A stretch of DNA of 64,000 bases from an uncultured bacterium (GCA_963729625.1 CAVSOU010000010.1:64001-128000); one strand, 5' to 3'; positions 31,469 through 42,465 are shown, counted from the stretch's first letter. A program made the numbers and translations. The notes: generated from the sequence alone by a model not told the origin.

Positions 31469-31788
31469 TGGATCTTCATGAAATTCTTGAACGCCCGGTG
31501 ATCACCGAGAAGAGCACCGCGCAAGCCAACCCGACCCCTTCCCGTCGCCGCGGCAGCAACCCCAGCGCCAAGTATACGTTCCGCGTTCCGCGCGCTGCGA
31601 ACAAGATCGAAATCCGCGAAGCGGTTGAGAAGCGCTTCAGTGTAAAGGTTCTCGACGTGAACACCGCGGCTGTCAGGCCCCACATGCGCGGCATGGGCAA
31701 GCGTCGCGGTACGATTCCAGGCTGGAAGAAAGCATTCGTGACGCTCGAGCCTGGTCAGACAATCGAAGATTTCTTCGGCAGTGTGTGA
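31468..31788 (+). CDS. rplW: 50S ribosomal protein L23
   Basis: PVITEKS, ANKIEIREAVE, WKKAFVTL. Confidence 0.97.
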   Translation: MDLHEILERPVITEKSTAQANPTPSRRRGSNPSAKYTFRVPRAANKIEIREAVEKRFSVKVLDVNTAAVRPHMRGMGKRRGTIPGWKKAFVTLEPGQTIEDFFGSV

Positions 31789-31800
31789 GGAACGAAGCCA

Positions 31801-32625
31801 ATGCCAGTGAAGAAATACAAACCGACGTCTCCAGGCAGGCGCGGTATGTCGGTCTCCGATTTCGGGGAGATCACGCGGAGCAAGCCTGAACGATCCCTGA
31901 CCGAGCCACTGAAGCGGCACGCCGGCCGCAACAATCAGGGGCGCATTACCGTGCGCCATCGCGGCGGCGGCCACAAGCGACGGTATCGCATCATCGACTT
32001 CAAGCGCAACAAAGATGGAATTCCCGGCAAGATCGTTTCAATTGAATACGATCCGAATAGAACGGCGCGCATCGCTCTTGTCGTGTACGGCGACGGCGAG
32101 AAGCGCTACATCCTGGCCCCTAACGGGATTCAAGTGGGACAGGCTATCATGTCGGGCGCCGAGGCCGAGATTCGCGTCGGCAACAGCTTGCCGCTGCGGA
32201 ACATTCCTCTCGGCAGCACCCTGCACAACGTCGAGCTCCAGCCCGGCCGGGGCGGCCAGATGGTTCGCAGCGCCGGCGCCTCGGCTCAGCTGATGGCCAA
32301 GGAAGGCAAGTTCGCACAGCTTAGGATGCCCAGCGGCGAAGTTCGCCTGGTTCCTCTCGCGGCGCGAGCCACTCTTGGTCAAGTTGGCAATCTCGACCAC
32401 GAAAACGAGAGCATCGGCAAGGCCGGGAGAAGCCGGTGGATGGGCATTCGTCCCACCGTTCGCGGTTCGGTCATGAACCCGGTTGATCACCCCCATGGCG
32501 GCGGCGAGGGCCGGGCTCCGATCGGCGGCCAGCCGCAAACCCCGTGGGGCCGGCCGGCAATGGGCCACCGGACGCGGCATAATCCAAAGACCGACCGCCT
32601 GATTGTACGGCGACGTAAGAAGTAG
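31801..32625 (+). CDS. rplB: 50S ribosomal protein L2
   Basis: [28 protein letters not shown]. Confidence 0.99.
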   Translation: MPVKKYKPTSPGRRGMSVSDFGEITRSKPERSLTEPLKRHAGRNNQGRITVRHRGGGHKRRYRIIDFKRNKDGIPGKIVSIEYDPNRTARIALVVYGDGEKRYILAPNGIQVGQAIMSGAEAEIRVGNSLPLRNIPLGSTLHNVELQPGRGGQMVRSAGASAQLMAKEGKFAQLRMPSGEVRLVPLAARATLGQVGNLDHENESIGKAGRSRWMGIRPTVRGSVMNPVDHPHGGGEGRAPIGGQPQTPWGRPAMGHRTRHNPKTDRLIVRRRKK

Positions 32626-32642
32626 GGAAGGGAGGGAGCGCT

Positions 32643-32927
32643 GTGTCACGATCAACAAAGAAAGGCTGGTTCGTCGACGCGAATCTGATGAAGAAGATCG
32701 AAGCGATGAACAAGACCCGCGAACGGAAGATCCTGAAGACGTGGTCTCGCGCCTCGACGATCTTCCCGGAGTTCGTCAATCACACCATTGCCGTTCACGA
32801 CGGAAGACGCCATGTTCCCATCTATATCAGCGAAAATATGGTCGGCCACCGGCTTGGAGAGTTTGCACCGACGCGTCACTTCCGTGGTCACGGCGGCAAG
32901 TCCGAGCGCTCGACGGCGCTGAAGTAG
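32643..32927 (+). CDS. rpsS: 30S ribosomal protein S19
   Basis: [22 protein letters not shown]. Confidence 0.99.
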   Translation: MSRSTKKGWFVDANLMKKIEAMNKTRERKILKTWSRASTIFPEFVNHTIAVHDGRRHVPIYISENMVGHRLGEFAPTRHFRGHGGKSERSTALK

Positions 32928-32940
32928 CGGGAGGACGAGT

Positions 32941-33279
32941 ATGGCACAGGCACGAGCAGTCGCCCGCGACATCAAGGGCTCGGTTCGAAAGGTTCGTCTG
33001 GTCCTGGACTCTGTGCGCGGGCGAAAGGCCACCGAAGCGATGACGATCCTGCAGTTCATGCCGCAACATGCGGCGAAGGATGTCTACAAGGTGCTCAAGT
33101 CCGCGGTCGCCAACGCGGAGAACAATTATCAATTGGAGCCGGCTGAATTGTACATACATACAATCACGGCAGACGAAGGACGGACCTTTAAGCGCGCGTG
33201 GCGCGTCTCGAAGGGTCGCGCAATGCCAAAGCTCCGGCGCCACACCCACATCACTGTAGTGGTCGAGGATAGGGGGTAA
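32941..33279 (+). CDS. rplV: 50S ribosomal protein L22
   Basis: RKVRLVLDSVRG, SAVANAENN, HITVVV. Confidence 0.98.
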   Translation: MAQARAVARDIKGSVRKVRLVLDSVRGRKATEAMTILQFMPQHAAKDVYKVLKSAVANAENNYQLEPAELYIHTITADEGRTFKRAWRVSKGRAMPKLRRHTHITVVVEDRG

Positions 33280-33282
33280 AGC

Positions 33283-34023
33283 GTGGGGCACAAGGTACAT
33301 CCTGTCGGCTTCAGGCTTGGAATTAACCGCACGTGGCAGGCTCGATGGTATGCCGGGCGCGAGTACAAGACCCTGCTGCATGAAGATCTGATGCTGAGGG
33401 AAGAGATCTTCACTCGTCATCGGAACGCCGGAATCAGCATGATCGAGATCGAGCGTGCGGCCAATCGGGTCACGGTGATGATTCACACTGCCAAGCCGGG
33501 CATCATCATCGGCAAGAGCGGCGCGAACGTCGACGAGCTACGGAAGCTACTCGAACAGAAGACCGGGAAGCGTGTGGCCGTGAATATCCTCGAGCTGCGG
33601 TCTCCGGATCTTTCCGCGGTGCTGGTGGCACGCAATGTTGCCGAGCAGCTCGAGAAGCGCGTCGCGTTCAAGCGCGCCATGAAACTTACCGTGCAACGCG
33701 CGATGCAGGCCGGCGCCAAGGGGATCCGGATCAATGTGGCCGGCCGACTCGGGGGCGCCGAGATGGCTCGACGCGAGTGGGAACGCAAGGGCCGCGTGCC
33801 GTTGCATACGTTGCGAGCGGACATTGATTTCGGCACCACCATCGCCAAAACCACCTATGGTGTGATCGGAGTGAAAGTCTGGATTTACAGGGGCGACGTG
33901 CTTCCCGGTCAGCTTCGGCAGACCGACGCCGTGCCTTCTGGTGAGCGGCCTCCCGAGCGCCGCCGGACGCGTGCTCCACGTAGTACGTCGGGTGCAGCCG
34001 GTCATGCCGGGCCTGCGGTGTAG
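33283..34023 (+). CDS. rpsC: 30S ribosomal protein S3
   Basis: [28 protein letters not shown]. Confidence 0.99.
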   Translation: MGHKVHPVGFRLGINRTWQARWYAGREYKTLLHEDLMLREEIFTRHRNAGISMIEIERAANRVTVMIHTAKPGIIIGKSGANVDELRKLLEQKTGKRVAVNILELRSPDLSAVLVARNVAEQLEKRVAFKRAMKLTVQRAMQAGAKGIRINVAGRLGGAEMARREWERKGRVPLHTLRADIDFGTTIAKTTYGVIGVKVWIYRGDVLPGQLRQTDAVPSGERPPERRRTRAPRSTSGAAGHAGPAV

Positions 34024-34035
34024 GAGTATGCGACC

Positions 34036-34497
34036 ATGTTAATGCCAAAGAGAGTCAAGCACCGCAAGGTGCATCGCGGTCGCCGCAAGGGGTCAGCCCA
34101 CCGCGGCACTGAGGTGTCGTTCGGTGAATACGGTTTGCAGGCCGGCGGAACGTGCTGGCTTGAAAGCAGGCAGATTGAAGCGGCCCGTCGCGTCATCACG
34201 CGCTATACGCGTCGAGGTGGCAAGATCTGGATCCGCGTGTTCCCGGCGAAGCCGGTCACAGCAAAGCCGGCGGAGACCCGTATGGGCAGCGGAAAAGGCG
34301 CACCCGATCACTGGGTGGCGGTTGTCAAGCCTGGGCGTGTTCTCTTCGAGATTGCCGGCGTGCGAGAAGATGACGCCCGCGAGGCAATGCGGCTCGCCGG
34401 ATTCAAGCTGCCAATACCAACGCGATTCGTCGTCCGTACGGAGACCGCGGCATCCGAGGCCGCGGATGAGGAGCCAGAGGACGAGACAGATGGATAG
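34036..34497 (+). CDS. rplP: 50S ribosomal protein L16
   Basis: [25 protein letters not shown]. Confidence 0.99.
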   Translation: MLMPKRVKHRKVHRGRRKGSAHRGTEVSFGEYGLQAGGTCWLESRQIEAARRVITRYTRRGGKIWIRVFPAKPVTAKPAETRMGSGKGAPDHWVAVVKPGRVLFEIAGVREDDAREAMRLAGFKLPIPTRFVVRTETAASEAADEEPEDETDG

Positions 34498-34696
34498 ACA
34501 CACGAAAGAATTGCGAACGAATACGCCGACCCAGCTGCAGATCCTGCTTGGCCAGGCGCAGGACGAGTTGTCAACTCTCCGATTCCAGCTGGCCAACAGG
34601 CAGTCGAGCAACACGGCGCGGCTCAGCACGTTGCGCCACGAGATCGCCCGGGTCAAGACGTTGCTTCGCGAGGACCAGCTTCGGAGGACCAGCTAG
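34490..34696 (+). CDS. rpmC: 50S ribosomal protein L29
   Basis: [15 protein letters not shown]; position between rplP and rpsQ. Confidence 0.93.
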   Translation: MDRHTKELRTNTPTQLQILLGQAQDELSTLRFQLANRQSSNTARLSTLRHEIARVKTLLREDQLRRTS

Positions 34697-35035
34697 ATGG
34701 TAGACGAATCAGCTCAAGCGATCACCATTGCGTCGCCGGAGGGTCGCAGGAGGCAGAAGATCGGGCGCGTAGTCAGCGACAAGATGGATAAGACGATCAT
34801 CGTAGCAGTGGAGTCTCTTCGCAAGCATCGGCTGTACAAGCATACGGTACGCGTTACCAAGCGCTTCAAGGCACATGACGAGCAGAACAAGTGCCGAACG
34901 GGCGACACGGTGCGCATCGAAGAGACGCGTCCGCTCAGCAAGGAGAAGCGCTGGCGTGTCGTCGAGATCATCAGTCACGACGTTCGCGCCACCGAGGCGG
35001 TTATCCCTGCTTCGGTGCTGTCCGACCAGGGTTAG
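34697..35035 (+). CDS. rpsQ: 30S ribosomal protein S17
   Basis: [24 protein letters not shown]. Confidence 0.98.
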   Translation: MVDESAQAITIASPEGRRRQKIGRVVSDKMDKTIIVAVESLRKHRLYKHTVRVTKRFKAHDEQNKCRTGDTVRIEETRPLSKEKRWRVVEIISHDVRATEAVIPASVLSDQG

Positions 35036-35085
35036 GTGTCCCGACACGCCATCGTCGGTGGCTGCCAGGAAGGGGGAGCCTCGGA

Positions 35086-35454
35086 ATGATTCAAGTCCAA
35101 ACTAGATTGCGCGTGGCCGACAACTCAGGCGCGAAAGAGATCATGTGCATTCGGGTGCTGGGTGGCGGCGCCCGGAAGTACGCGCGAGTCGGCGACGTGA
35201 TTATCGCCTCAGTGAAAGTCGCTACTCCGGGTGCGGCGGTGAAGAAGGGCGAGGTTGTTCGTGCGGTCGTCGTGCGCACGGCAAAGGAATATGGGCGCGT
35301 TGATGGCTCGCACATTCGCTTCGACGACAACGCCGCGGTGATCATCAATGTTCAAAACAATCCGCGCGGCACACGAATCTTTGGCCCCGTCGCCCGCGAG
35401 CTTCGCGAGCGTGGCTTCACCAAGATTCTGTCGCAGGCGCCAGAGGTGCTCTAA
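35086..35454 (+). CDS. rplN: 50S ribosomal protein L14
   Basis: [28 protein letters not shown]. Confidence 0.99.
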   Translation: MIQVQTRLRVADNSGAKEIMCIRVLGGGARKYARVGDVIIASVKVATPGAAVKKGEVVRAVVVRTAKEYGRVDGSHIRFDDNAAVIINVQNNPRGTRIFGPVARELRERGFTKILSQAPEVL

Positions 35455-35456
35455 CG

Positions 35457-35801
35457 ATGGATCGCTATGCGCCAAAGCCCCATGTCAAGAAGGGCGACGA
35501 GGTGCTCGTGCTTGCAGGAAGAGACCGCGGCAAGCGCGGCACCATCAATCGAATGGTCATTAAACAGGACAACGTGCGTGCTGTTGTCAGTGGTGTGAAC
35601 TTTGTGAAGAAGAGCTCGAAGGGCCGCCCCGGCGTGCGCCAGGCAGGGATCATCGAGTTTGAGGCGCCGCTGCAACTATCGAACCTGATGCTCATTTGCA
35701 CGCAATGCGGCAAGCCGACGCGTACGGGCAGGACGCAGCTATCCGACGGCCGGCGCGCCCGAACCTGCCGGAAGTGCAATCAAGTGATCGACAGGGGGTA
35801 G
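35457..35801 (+). CDS. rplX: 50S ribosomal protein L24
   Basis: [18 protein letters not shown] (KOW), EAPLQLSN. Confidence 0.97.
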   Translation: MDRYAPKPHVKKGDEVLVLAGRDRGKRGTINRMVIKQDNVRAVVSGVNFVKKSSKGRPGVRQAGIIEFEAPLQLSNLMLICTQCGKPTRTGRTQLSDGRRARTCRKCNQVIDRG

Positions 35802-35803
35802 GT

Positions 35804-36349
35804 ATGCGCGCACGCTTGAAGGAGCGCTACGAGCAGGAAGTCGGCCCTGCGCTGCTGAAAGAATACGGTTACAGGAACCGGATGGAACTTCCTACCGTAA
35901 ACAAGATCGTGGTGAATATTGGCCTTGGCGAAGCGACGAGCAACGCAAAGGCGATCGACGCGGCGGTCAACGACCTGAAGATTATTGTCGGCCAGAAGCC
36001 GGTGGTAACCAAGGCCAAGAAATCCATTTCGCAGTTCAAGGTTCGCGCGGGCATGGAGATTGGCGCCATGGTTACGCTCCGCGGCGAGCGTATGTGGGAG
36101 TTTCTCGACCGGCTCGTGACAGTCGCGTTACCTCGCATCCGCGACTTCCAGGGCGTGTCGCCGAGGTCGTTCGATGGTCGAGGGAACTACACATTGGGCC
36201 TTCGCGAGCAGCTTGTGTTTCCGGAGATCGATTACGACAAGGTCGACAAACTTCGCGGTCTCGAGGTCAGTATTGTAACTACCGCGCGAACAGATGAGGA
36301 AGGCCGCCGCCTGCTCGCCCTGCTCGGCATGCCGTTTCGAGCGGCCTAG
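35804..36349 (+). CDS. rplE: 50S ribosomal protein L5
   Basis: [26 protein letters not shown]. Confidence 0.99.
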   Translation: MRARLKERYEQEVGPALLKEYGYRNRMELPTVNKIVVNIGLGEATSNAKAIDAAVNDLKIIVGQKPVVTKAKKSISQFKVRAGMEIGAMVTLRGERMWEFLDRLVTVALPRIRDFQGVSPRSFDGRGNYTLGLREQLVFPEIDYDKVDKLRGLEVSIVTTARTDEEGRRLLALLGMPFRAA

Positions 36350-36511
36350 CGCGAGGGAAGCTTGCTGATTTGTGCGGGTGTAGATTCAGTTTGCCAGGTA
36401 CATAGGGTTGCCCGATCGGTCGTCGGGACTGGGCGAAGGCCCAGGAACATCGTGTCTATTGCGTCGAGTGAGGACACGCTAACCATCCCGTAAGACGGGA
36501 CAGGAGGGTCC

Positions 36512-36697
36512 GTGGCTAAGAAGTCCATGATTGTCAAATCGCAGCGGGCGCCGAAATTCAAAGTGCAGCAACATAATCGCTGCCTTCGATGCGGACGTTC
36601 GCGCGCGTTCATTCGGAAATTCGCGCTGTGCCGCATCTGTTTCCGAGAGCTTGCTCTGCTCGGCGAGCTGCCGGGCGTGACAAAAGCGAGCTGGTGA
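36512..36697 (+). CDS. rpsN: 30S ribosomal protein S14, zinc-binding type
   Basis: [22 protein letters not shown]; 61 aa. Confidence 0.98.
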   Translation: MAKKSMIVKSQRAPKFKVQQHNRCLRCGRSRAFIRKFALCRICFRELALLGELPGVTKASW

Positions 36698-36709
36698 GGA
36701 GGAACACAG

Positions 36710-37108
36710 ATGCAGCTGAGTGATCCTATTGGTGACATGCTGACGCGCCTCCGCAACGGCGCAATGGCGCGGCACGCAAGTGTCGATATTCCACATTCAA
36801 ATCTGAAAGAACACATTGCCTCGATCCTGAGAGACGAGGGCTTCGTTCGCGACTTCGAGGTGGTCCGCGAGGGTGCAAAGGCGACGATTCGCATATCGCT
36901 GAAGTACACAGCGCAGCGGAAACCGGTAATCTCGCACTTGAAACGTATCAGCAAGCCCGGCCTGCGAATCTATGCAGGGAAAGACCGTATTCCGCGCGTG
37001 CTGGGCGGCATAGGTCTGGTAATAGTCTCCACGCCACGCGGCGTTATCACCGGCCAGCACGCCAAGCGTCTCGGTGTCGGCGGCGAGCTGCTGTGTGAAG
37101 TCTGGTAG
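36710..37108 (+). CDS. rpsH: 30S ribosomal protein S8
   Basis: DPIGDMLTRLRN, SKPGLRIY, GGELLCEVW. Confidence 0.99.
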   Translation: MQLSDPIGDMLTRLRNGAMARHASVDIPHSNLKEHIASILRDEGFVRDFEVVREGAKATIRISLKYTAQRKPVISHLKRISKPGLRIYAGKDRIPRVLGGIGLVIVSTPRGVITGQHAKRLGVGGELLCEVW

Positions 37109-37125
37109 GAGGGCGGGAGAGAACA

Positions 37126-37695
37126 ATGTCACGTATTGGACGGCGTCCCGTTCCCGTGCCCGCGGGTGTCACGGTGACAATTGACGGCAGCAATGTGCGC
37201 GTAACAGGTCCGAAGGGCGAGCTCGCGCACGACGTGCCAGATGGCGTAACTGTCGAGCGCAATGACGGTGTGCTGGTCATACAGCGGGCGTCAGACTCAC
37301 ATTCCCATCGTGCGCTGCACGGGCTGACTCGCACCCTGGTCGACAACATGGTTATTGGCGTTACGCAGGGCTTTAGCAAGACCCTGGAGATTACCGGGGT
37401 GGGCTACCGCGCTCAGCTGGCGGGTAGCGGGCTGACGCTTTCGCTCGGCTACTCTCATGCGGTCAACATCGTCGCACCTCCCGGTGTCAGCTTCTCGGTG
37501 AAAGAAGGTCGCGCCAGCGAGCCATACCGTGTCACGGTGATGGGTATCGACAAGCAGGTCGTCGGCGAGACCGCCGCCTCGATTCGACGCTGGCGCGAGC
37601 CTGAGCCGTATTTGGGCAAGGGCATCAAGTACGCTGGTGAGATTATTCGTCGCAAGGCTGGAAAGTCCGGCAAGGTTGGCGGTAAGAAGAAGTAG
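37126..37695 (+). CDS. rplF: 50S ribosomal protein L6
   Basis: [25 protein letters not shown]. Confidence 0.99.
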   Translation: MSRIGRRPVPVPAGVTVTIDGSNVRVTGPKGELAHDVPDGVTVERNDGVLVIQRASDSHSHRALHGLTRTLVDNMVIGVTQGFSKTLEITGVGYRAQLAGSGLTLSLGYSHAVNIVAPPGVSFSVKEGRASEPYRVTVMGIDKQVVGETAASIRRWREPEPYLGKGIKYAGEIIRRKAGKSGKVGGKKK

Positions 37696-37703
37696 GTGCG
37701 TCG

Positions 37704-38081
37704 ATGATTACAAAGCAGAGTGCACGGGCCGCTCGAGAGCGGCGAAGAAAGCGGGTTCGCGGCAAGATCTCCGGGACAGTCGAGCGGTTGAGGCTGTGCG
37801 TATTCCGGTCGAGCGCGCACATTTACGCGCAAATCATTGATGATGATGACGGCCACACGCTTGTCGCTGCATCGACCCTGGATCAAGAGCTACGATCGTC
37901 GGCGCCATCGGATGGCGGGCACGCAAAGGTGGCGCAGGCGACGGAAGTCGGGAAACTGCTTGCTCAGCGGGCCAAGGAGAAGGGTCTCAGCAAGGTCGTC
38001 TTCGATCGGGCCGGATATCTCTATCACGGCCGCGTCAAGGCTCTGGCCGATGGAGCGCGCGAGGGTGGCCTGGACTTCTAA
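37704..38081 (+). CDS. rplR: 50S ribosomal protein L18
   Basis: [27 protein letters not shown]. Confidence 0.99.
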   Translation: MITKQSARAARERRRKRVRGKISGTVERLRLCVFRSSAHIYAQIIDDDDGHTLVAASTLDQELRSSAPSDGGHAKVAQATEVGKLLAQRAKEKGLSKVVFDRAGYLYHGRVKALADGAREGGLDF

Positions 38082-38221
38082 ATCATGCGGACCGGCCGCG
38101 GAGCCGGTTCGGGGCCGGCTCGCCGGTGCAACGATCGGTAATGACGCGTCGCCTATGCGACCGCCGCGGATCGTGGCTACGGTTCCGGGCTTCACCCGAT
38201 GTTGAGTGAGAGGTAGACAAG

Positions 38222-38737
38222 ATGGCGAAGATTGATCCAGCATCCCTGGGCAACCTTGAGGAGCGCGTGGTGCAGATAAACCGCGTTGCCAAGGTCGTTA
38301 AGGGTGGCCGCCGGTTCAGCTTCAGCGCTGTGGTCGTTGTCGGCGACGGGAACGGCGTTGTGGGCTACGGACTTGGGAAAGCCGGCGAAGTGCCCGAGGC
38401 GATTCGCAAGGGCGTTGAGGCTGCAAAGAAGAACCTTATCCGCATTCCCCTCGTTAAGGGCACTATTCCGCACCCGATCGAGGTTCGCTACAATGCGGCG
38501 CGTGTGCTCCTGCGCCCCGCGGCCCCCGGCACGGGCGTGATCGCCGGCGAGTCGGTTCGACCGGTTGTGGAGTCGGCCGGAATTCACGATATTCTTACAA
38601 AATCGTTGGGCAGCAACAACAAGATCAACGTCGTCACGGCTACGATGAAGGCCCTGGCGTCGCTTCGGCGAATCGAGGACGAAGCAAGGAACCGCGGGCT
38701 CAGCGTTGGTCGTATACTACGTGGCCCGGAGGCGTAG
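38222..38737 (+). CDS. rpsE: 30S ribosomal protein S5
   Basis: [21 protein letters not shown]. Confidence 0.99.
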   Translation: MAKIDPASLGNLEERVVQINRVAKVVKGGRRFSFSAVVVVGDGNGVVGYGLGKAGEVPEAIRKGVEAAKKNLIRIPLVKGTIPHPIEVRYNAARVLLRPAAPGTGVIAGESVRPVVESAGIHDILTKSLGSNNKINVVTATMKALASLRRIEDEARNRGLSVGRILRGPEA

Positions 38738-38741
38738 AGCC

Positions 38742-38951
38742 ATGGCACTGGTTCGCATCCGCTATAAGAAGAGTTCTATTGGCTATAACCGGCAGCAGCG
38801 CGACACAATTCGGTCGCTCGGCTTCACACGCTTGAACAGCGTGGTCGAGCGGGAGGACTCTCCCTCGCTGCGCGGGATGCTCCTCGCGGTCCGCCATCTC
38901 GTGGAAGTCGAGGAGTTGGCTGAAGCAGCAGCCGGTGAGGGACAGGCATGA
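38742..38951 (+). CDS. rpmD: 50S ribosomal protein L30
   Basis: KSSIG, TIRSLGF, RGMLLAVRHLV. Confidence 0.95.
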   Translation: MALVRIRYKKSSIGYNRQQRDTIRSLGFTRLNSVVEREDSPSLRGMLLAVRHLVEVEELAEAAAGEGQA

Positions 38952-39439
38952 AACTACACGATCTGCAACCCAACCCTGGCACGCATCGCCAGAAACGCCG
39001 CGTCGGCCGCGGGCACGGCTCCGGTCGAGGCAAGACTGCCGGCCGTGGAACGAAGGGCCAATTGGCGCGCACCGGAGGGGGCTGGAATCCTCGCTTTGAA
39101 GGTGGCCAGACGCCGATCCACCTGCGGCTGCCGCACCGGCGCGGATTCAAGAATCCGTTCCGGACCGAGTACGAGATTATCAAGCTCGAGGACTTGAATC
39201 AATTCGAGGCTGGAGTAACCGTCGACCGTGCCTTGTTGGTGAGAGCTGGCTTGGTTCGCGAGAGCGAGCCTCGTCCTCTCAAGTTGCTCGCGAATGGTAC
39301 CATCGAAAAGGCACTGCAGATCGATGGTCTCAAGTACACGGAGGCCGCCCGCACAAAGGTGGAAGCTGCCGGCGGTACAATTGTTGGGGCTCCGGCTCGT
39401 GAGACTGGCGACGTAACACCAAGCGACGCGGACGCCTAA
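38948..39439 (+). CDS. rplO: 50S ribosomal protein L15
   Basis: RVGRGHGSGRGKTAGRG, FEGGQTP. Confidence 0.99.
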   Translation: MKLHDLQPNPGTHRQKRRVGRGHGSGRGKTAGRGTKGQLARTGGGWNPRFEGGQTPIHLRLPHRRGFKNPFRTEYEIIKLEDLNQFEAGVTVDRALLVRAGLVRESEPRPLKLLANGTIEKALQIDGLKYTEAARTKVEAAGGTIVGAPARETGDVTPSDADA

Positions 39440-39451
39440 GGAGGCCCCCCA

Positions 39452-40741
39452 ATGTTGCAAGCAGCGCTCAACGCGTTCAGGCTTCCTGACCTACGAAGGA
39501 AGCTACTGTTTACGCTGGGCATCCTCATCATATACCGGCTAGCGGCTTCGATTCCTGTACCGAACGTCGACCCGAATGCGTTGAAGCAACTGACGAGCCA
39601 GTATCAGATCTTCCAGCTGCTCAGTCTGTTCTCCGGCAACTCGGGTGGCTTCTCGATCGTGTCGCTGGGCGTATATCCGTACATTACTGCTCAGATTGCT
39701 ATCCAGATCCTGATGCCGGTCATTCCGCGACTCGAGGAGATCAGCCGCGAAGGCGAGGCGGGGCGCACGAAGCTCAACCAGATCACTCGTCTGTGCACGA
39801 TTCCTCTTGCCGCGCTGCAGGCCTACGGTCAGGGGGTCTTGCTGTCCAACACGACCAACCTCTTCCAGCACAATTTCGGTTTCTTCGGCGGCTACTTCTG
39901 GGACACGCTGAGCTTCATGACGATCTTGACGTGCGGCACGCTCTTCCTCATCTGGCTGGGCGAGCTGATTACCGAGGCTGGTATCGGAAATGGAGTGTCC
40001 CTGATCATCTTCGCCGGCATTATTGCGCGCCTGCCCGGGACGATAGGCACGCAGTGGAGTGCGGGGAACTACGGGGAGCTCATCATACTGGCTATTGCGG
40101 GCGTCTTCATCGTTGCGGCGATCGTGTTCGTGCAGGAAGCTCAGCGCCGGATTCCTGTTCAATACGCGCGGCGGGTTGTTAGGGGTCGCATGACGCAGGC
40201 TCAAAGCACGCACATCCCGCTGCGGGTTAACTCCGCGGGCATGATCCCGCTCATCTTCGCCTTTTCCATCGTGACGACGCCGGCGATCATCGCCAGCTAC
40301 TTCGTGCCGTCGCATACGACCTGGGTGCACAACTTCGCACAATGGATAACGGATCACTTTAGCCAGAACAATAACCTGTACTGGATGTTGACGTTCCTGT
40401 TCGTGTTTGCCTTTACCTACTTCTACACGACGGTTCAGTGGCAGCAGCAGAAGCTGTCTGAGAACCTGCAGAAGAACGGGGGGTTCATTCCTGGCTACCG
40501 GCCGGGCAAACATACCGAGGATTACTTGAACAAGGTGCTGTCGCGGATCACGCTTGCAGGAGCGCTGTTCCTCTCCACCGTTGCGATCTTGCCGCTGCTT
40601 GCCAAGCCATTTTATGGGAACACGTCGCAGCTGCCGATCACGAGCACGGCACTACTCATCGTCGTCGCCGTGGTGCTCGACACAATGAAGCAGCTTGAAG
40701 CGCAGCTGATGATGAGAAACTACCAGAGCTTCATCCGCTAG
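39452..40741 (+). CDS. secY: Preprotein translocase SecY
   Basis: LGVYPYITA, GIGNGVSLIIF, GGFIPGYRPG; multiple TM helices. Confidence 0.99.
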   Translation: MLQAALNAFRLPDLRRKLLFTLGILIIYRLAASIPVPNVDPNALKQLTSQYQIFQLLSLFSGNSGGFSIVSLGVYPYITAQIAIQILMPVIPRLEEISREGEAGRTKLNQITRLCTIPLAALQAYGQGVLLSNTTNLFQHNFGFFGGYFWDTLSFMTILTCGTLFLIWLGELITEAGIGNGVSLIIFAGIIARLPGTIGTQWSAGNYGELIILAIAGVFIVAAIVFVQEAQRRIPVQYARRVVRGRMTQAQSTHIPLRVNSAGMIPLIFAFSIVTTPAIIASYFVPSHTTWVHNFAQWITDHFSQNNNLYWMLTFLFVFAFTYFYTTVQWQQQKLSENLQKNGGFIPGYRPGKHTEDYLNKVLSRITLAGALFLSTVAILPLLAKPFYGNTSQLPITSTALLIVVAVVLDTMKQLEAQLMMRNYQSFIR

Positions 40742-40846
40742 CCTGGTCTGCTTCATGAGATACCCCGGTCCCCACGGGCCGGGGGTCTACTCATGCGATG
40801 GCGCGGTGGCCTGAAGACCGTCCTCGCACTTGAAAGGCAGCTGGTC

Positions 40847-41497
40847 ATGAACATTATCATCATCGGCCCGCCCGGCGCCGGTAAGGGGACGCAGGCCGCA
40901 AGGTTGAGCGACGTGCTGGGGATAGCGCACGTCGCGTCGGGCGACTTCTTCCGCGCGGAGATGCGAACGGGATCGCCCCTCGGTCTGAAGGCGAAGGGGT
41001 ACGTGGATCAGGGCGGCCTCGTGCCCGACGACCTTACGACCAGCATGATACTCGAGCGCATCAGCCGCCCCGACTGCGCCAAGGGCGTGCTGCTGGACGG
41101 CTATCCGCGGACACTGCCTCAGGCGAAGTCGCTCGACGCAGCGTTGGCGGCAGAGGGCAGAAGGATCGATATGGTATTGAGACTGACCGTTCGCGAAGGC
41201 ACAGTCTTGCAGCGGATGCTCGACCGGGTTACTTGCCCTAACTGCAACGCTGTGTACAACCTGGTTTCGTTACCACCGAAAGTCGCCGGAGTGTGCGACA
41301 ACTGCGGACATACGCTGTTCGTTCGCGCCGACGACAATGTTGAGAAGATTCAGAATCGCATTCGGGTGTATCGTCGGGAGACGTGGCCGATCATTCAGTA
41401 CTACGAAGGTCGGAACTTGGTTCGCAACTTCAACGGCGAGCGCGAGATCGACGAGGTGTTCATGGCCCTTGAGGAGAGTATCGTCGCTCATGCCTAA
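40847..41497 (+). CDS. adk: Adenylate kinase (Zn-LID type)
   Basis: GPPGAGKGTQA, LDGYPR, CPNC...CDNC. Confidence 0.98.
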   Translation: MNIIIIGPPGAGKGTQAARLSDVLGIAHVASGDFFRAEMRTGSPLGLKAKGYVDQGGLVPDDLTTSMILERISRPDCAKGVLLDGYPRTLPQAKSLDAALAAEGRRIDMVLRLTVREGTVLQRMLDRVTCPNCNAVYNLVSLPPKVAGVCDNCGHTLFVRADDNVEKIQNRIRVYRRETWPIIQYYEGRNLVRNFNGEREIDEVFMALEESIVAHA

Positions 41498-42287
41498 TGT
41501 GCGGGTGAAGTCGGCTCGAGAACTCGATGTTATGCGCAGGGCAGGGCAGATCGTTGCCGACACTCTTGTGATTCTACGCGGAGAACTTCGAGAGGGTATC
41601 ACCACGCGCCGGCTCAACGACCTGGCCGAAGAATACCTGAGAAGTCAGGGCGCCACGACCAGTTATACGGCGGTCGGGTTTGACGGCGTCGTCTGCGTCT
41701 CGGTCAATGAGGAGGTCGTTCACGGAATTCCGGGCCCGCGTGTTCTGCGCGCTGGCGACCTAGTGAGCCTCGATATTGCTGCGATTTTCGGTGGCTATCA
41801 CGGTGATGCCGCGATCACCGCTGGTGTTGGCCTGCTGTCACCACAGGCTAGTCACCTTGCCGAATCGACTGAGCAGGCACTGGCTCTCGGTATCAGCCTA
41901 GCCACGCCCGGACGGCATCTGTTCGACATATCGGCCGCGATCCACGACTTCGTCGAATCGAAGGGGCTGAGCGTCGTACGCAACCTAGTCGGGCACGGCA
42001 TCGGCAGGAGCATGTGGGAGGAGCCGCAGGTTCCCAACTACCGCCAGGACTCTCGTGGAATCGTCCTGCGACCAGGCATGGTGTTCACAATTGAACCAAT
42101 GGTGAACGCGGGGAGGCCTGAGACCGTATTACTTGACGACAAGTGGACTATCGTTACGAAGGACCGGAAGTTGTCCGCGCACTTCGAGCACACTATCGCA
42201 ATTTCCGAATGGGGTCCTCGTGTGTTGACGGAACCTAGCGACCATGCCGAGATGTGGGCGCGCGGTCCTGCTCTCGCGGCTGGTTAG
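41490..42287 (+). CDS. map: Methionine aminopeptidase type I
   Basis: SVNEEVVHGIP, DIAAIFGGYHGD, GHGIG, TIEPMV, AHFEHT. Confidence 0.97.
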   Translation: MPNVRVKSARELDVMRRAGQIVADTLVILRGELREGITTRRLNDLAEEYLRSQGATTSYTAVGFDGVVCVSVNEEVVHGIPGPRVLRAGDLVSLDIAAIFGGYHGDAAITAGVGLLSPQASHLAESTEQALALGISLATPGRHLFDISAAIHDFVESKGLSVVRNLVGHGIGRSMWEEPQVPNYRQDSRGIVLRPGMVFTIEPMVNAGRPETVLLDDKWTIVTKDRKLSAHFEHTIAISEWGPRVLTEPSDHAEMWARGPALAAG

Positions 42288-42308
42288 AACCGCTGTGCAC
42301 GGTGTATG

Positions 42309-42317
42309 TGTTATAAT
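42309..42317 (+). promoter_or_regulatory. Extended -10 promoter for rpmJ/alpha cluster
   Basis: TGTTATAAT ~35 nt upstream of rpmJ. Confidence 0.65.
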
Positions 42318-42351
42318 TCGTAGTCGCGCCTTCAAATAGGGAGAAGTCTCA

Positions 42352-42465
42352 ATGAAAGTTCGCCCTTCGGTGAAAAAGCGGTGCCCGAAGTGCAAGCTGA
42401 TCCGTCGCCACGGCGTGGTAATGGTCATTTGCTCTGAGTCGAAACACAAGCAACGCCAGGGATAG
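42352..42465 (+). CDS. rpmJ: 50S ribosomal protein L36
   Basis: Manual translation [37 protein letters not shown] (below ORF-track cutoff). Confidence 0.98.
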   Translation: MKVRPSVKKRCPKCKLIRRHGVVMVICSESKHKQRQG

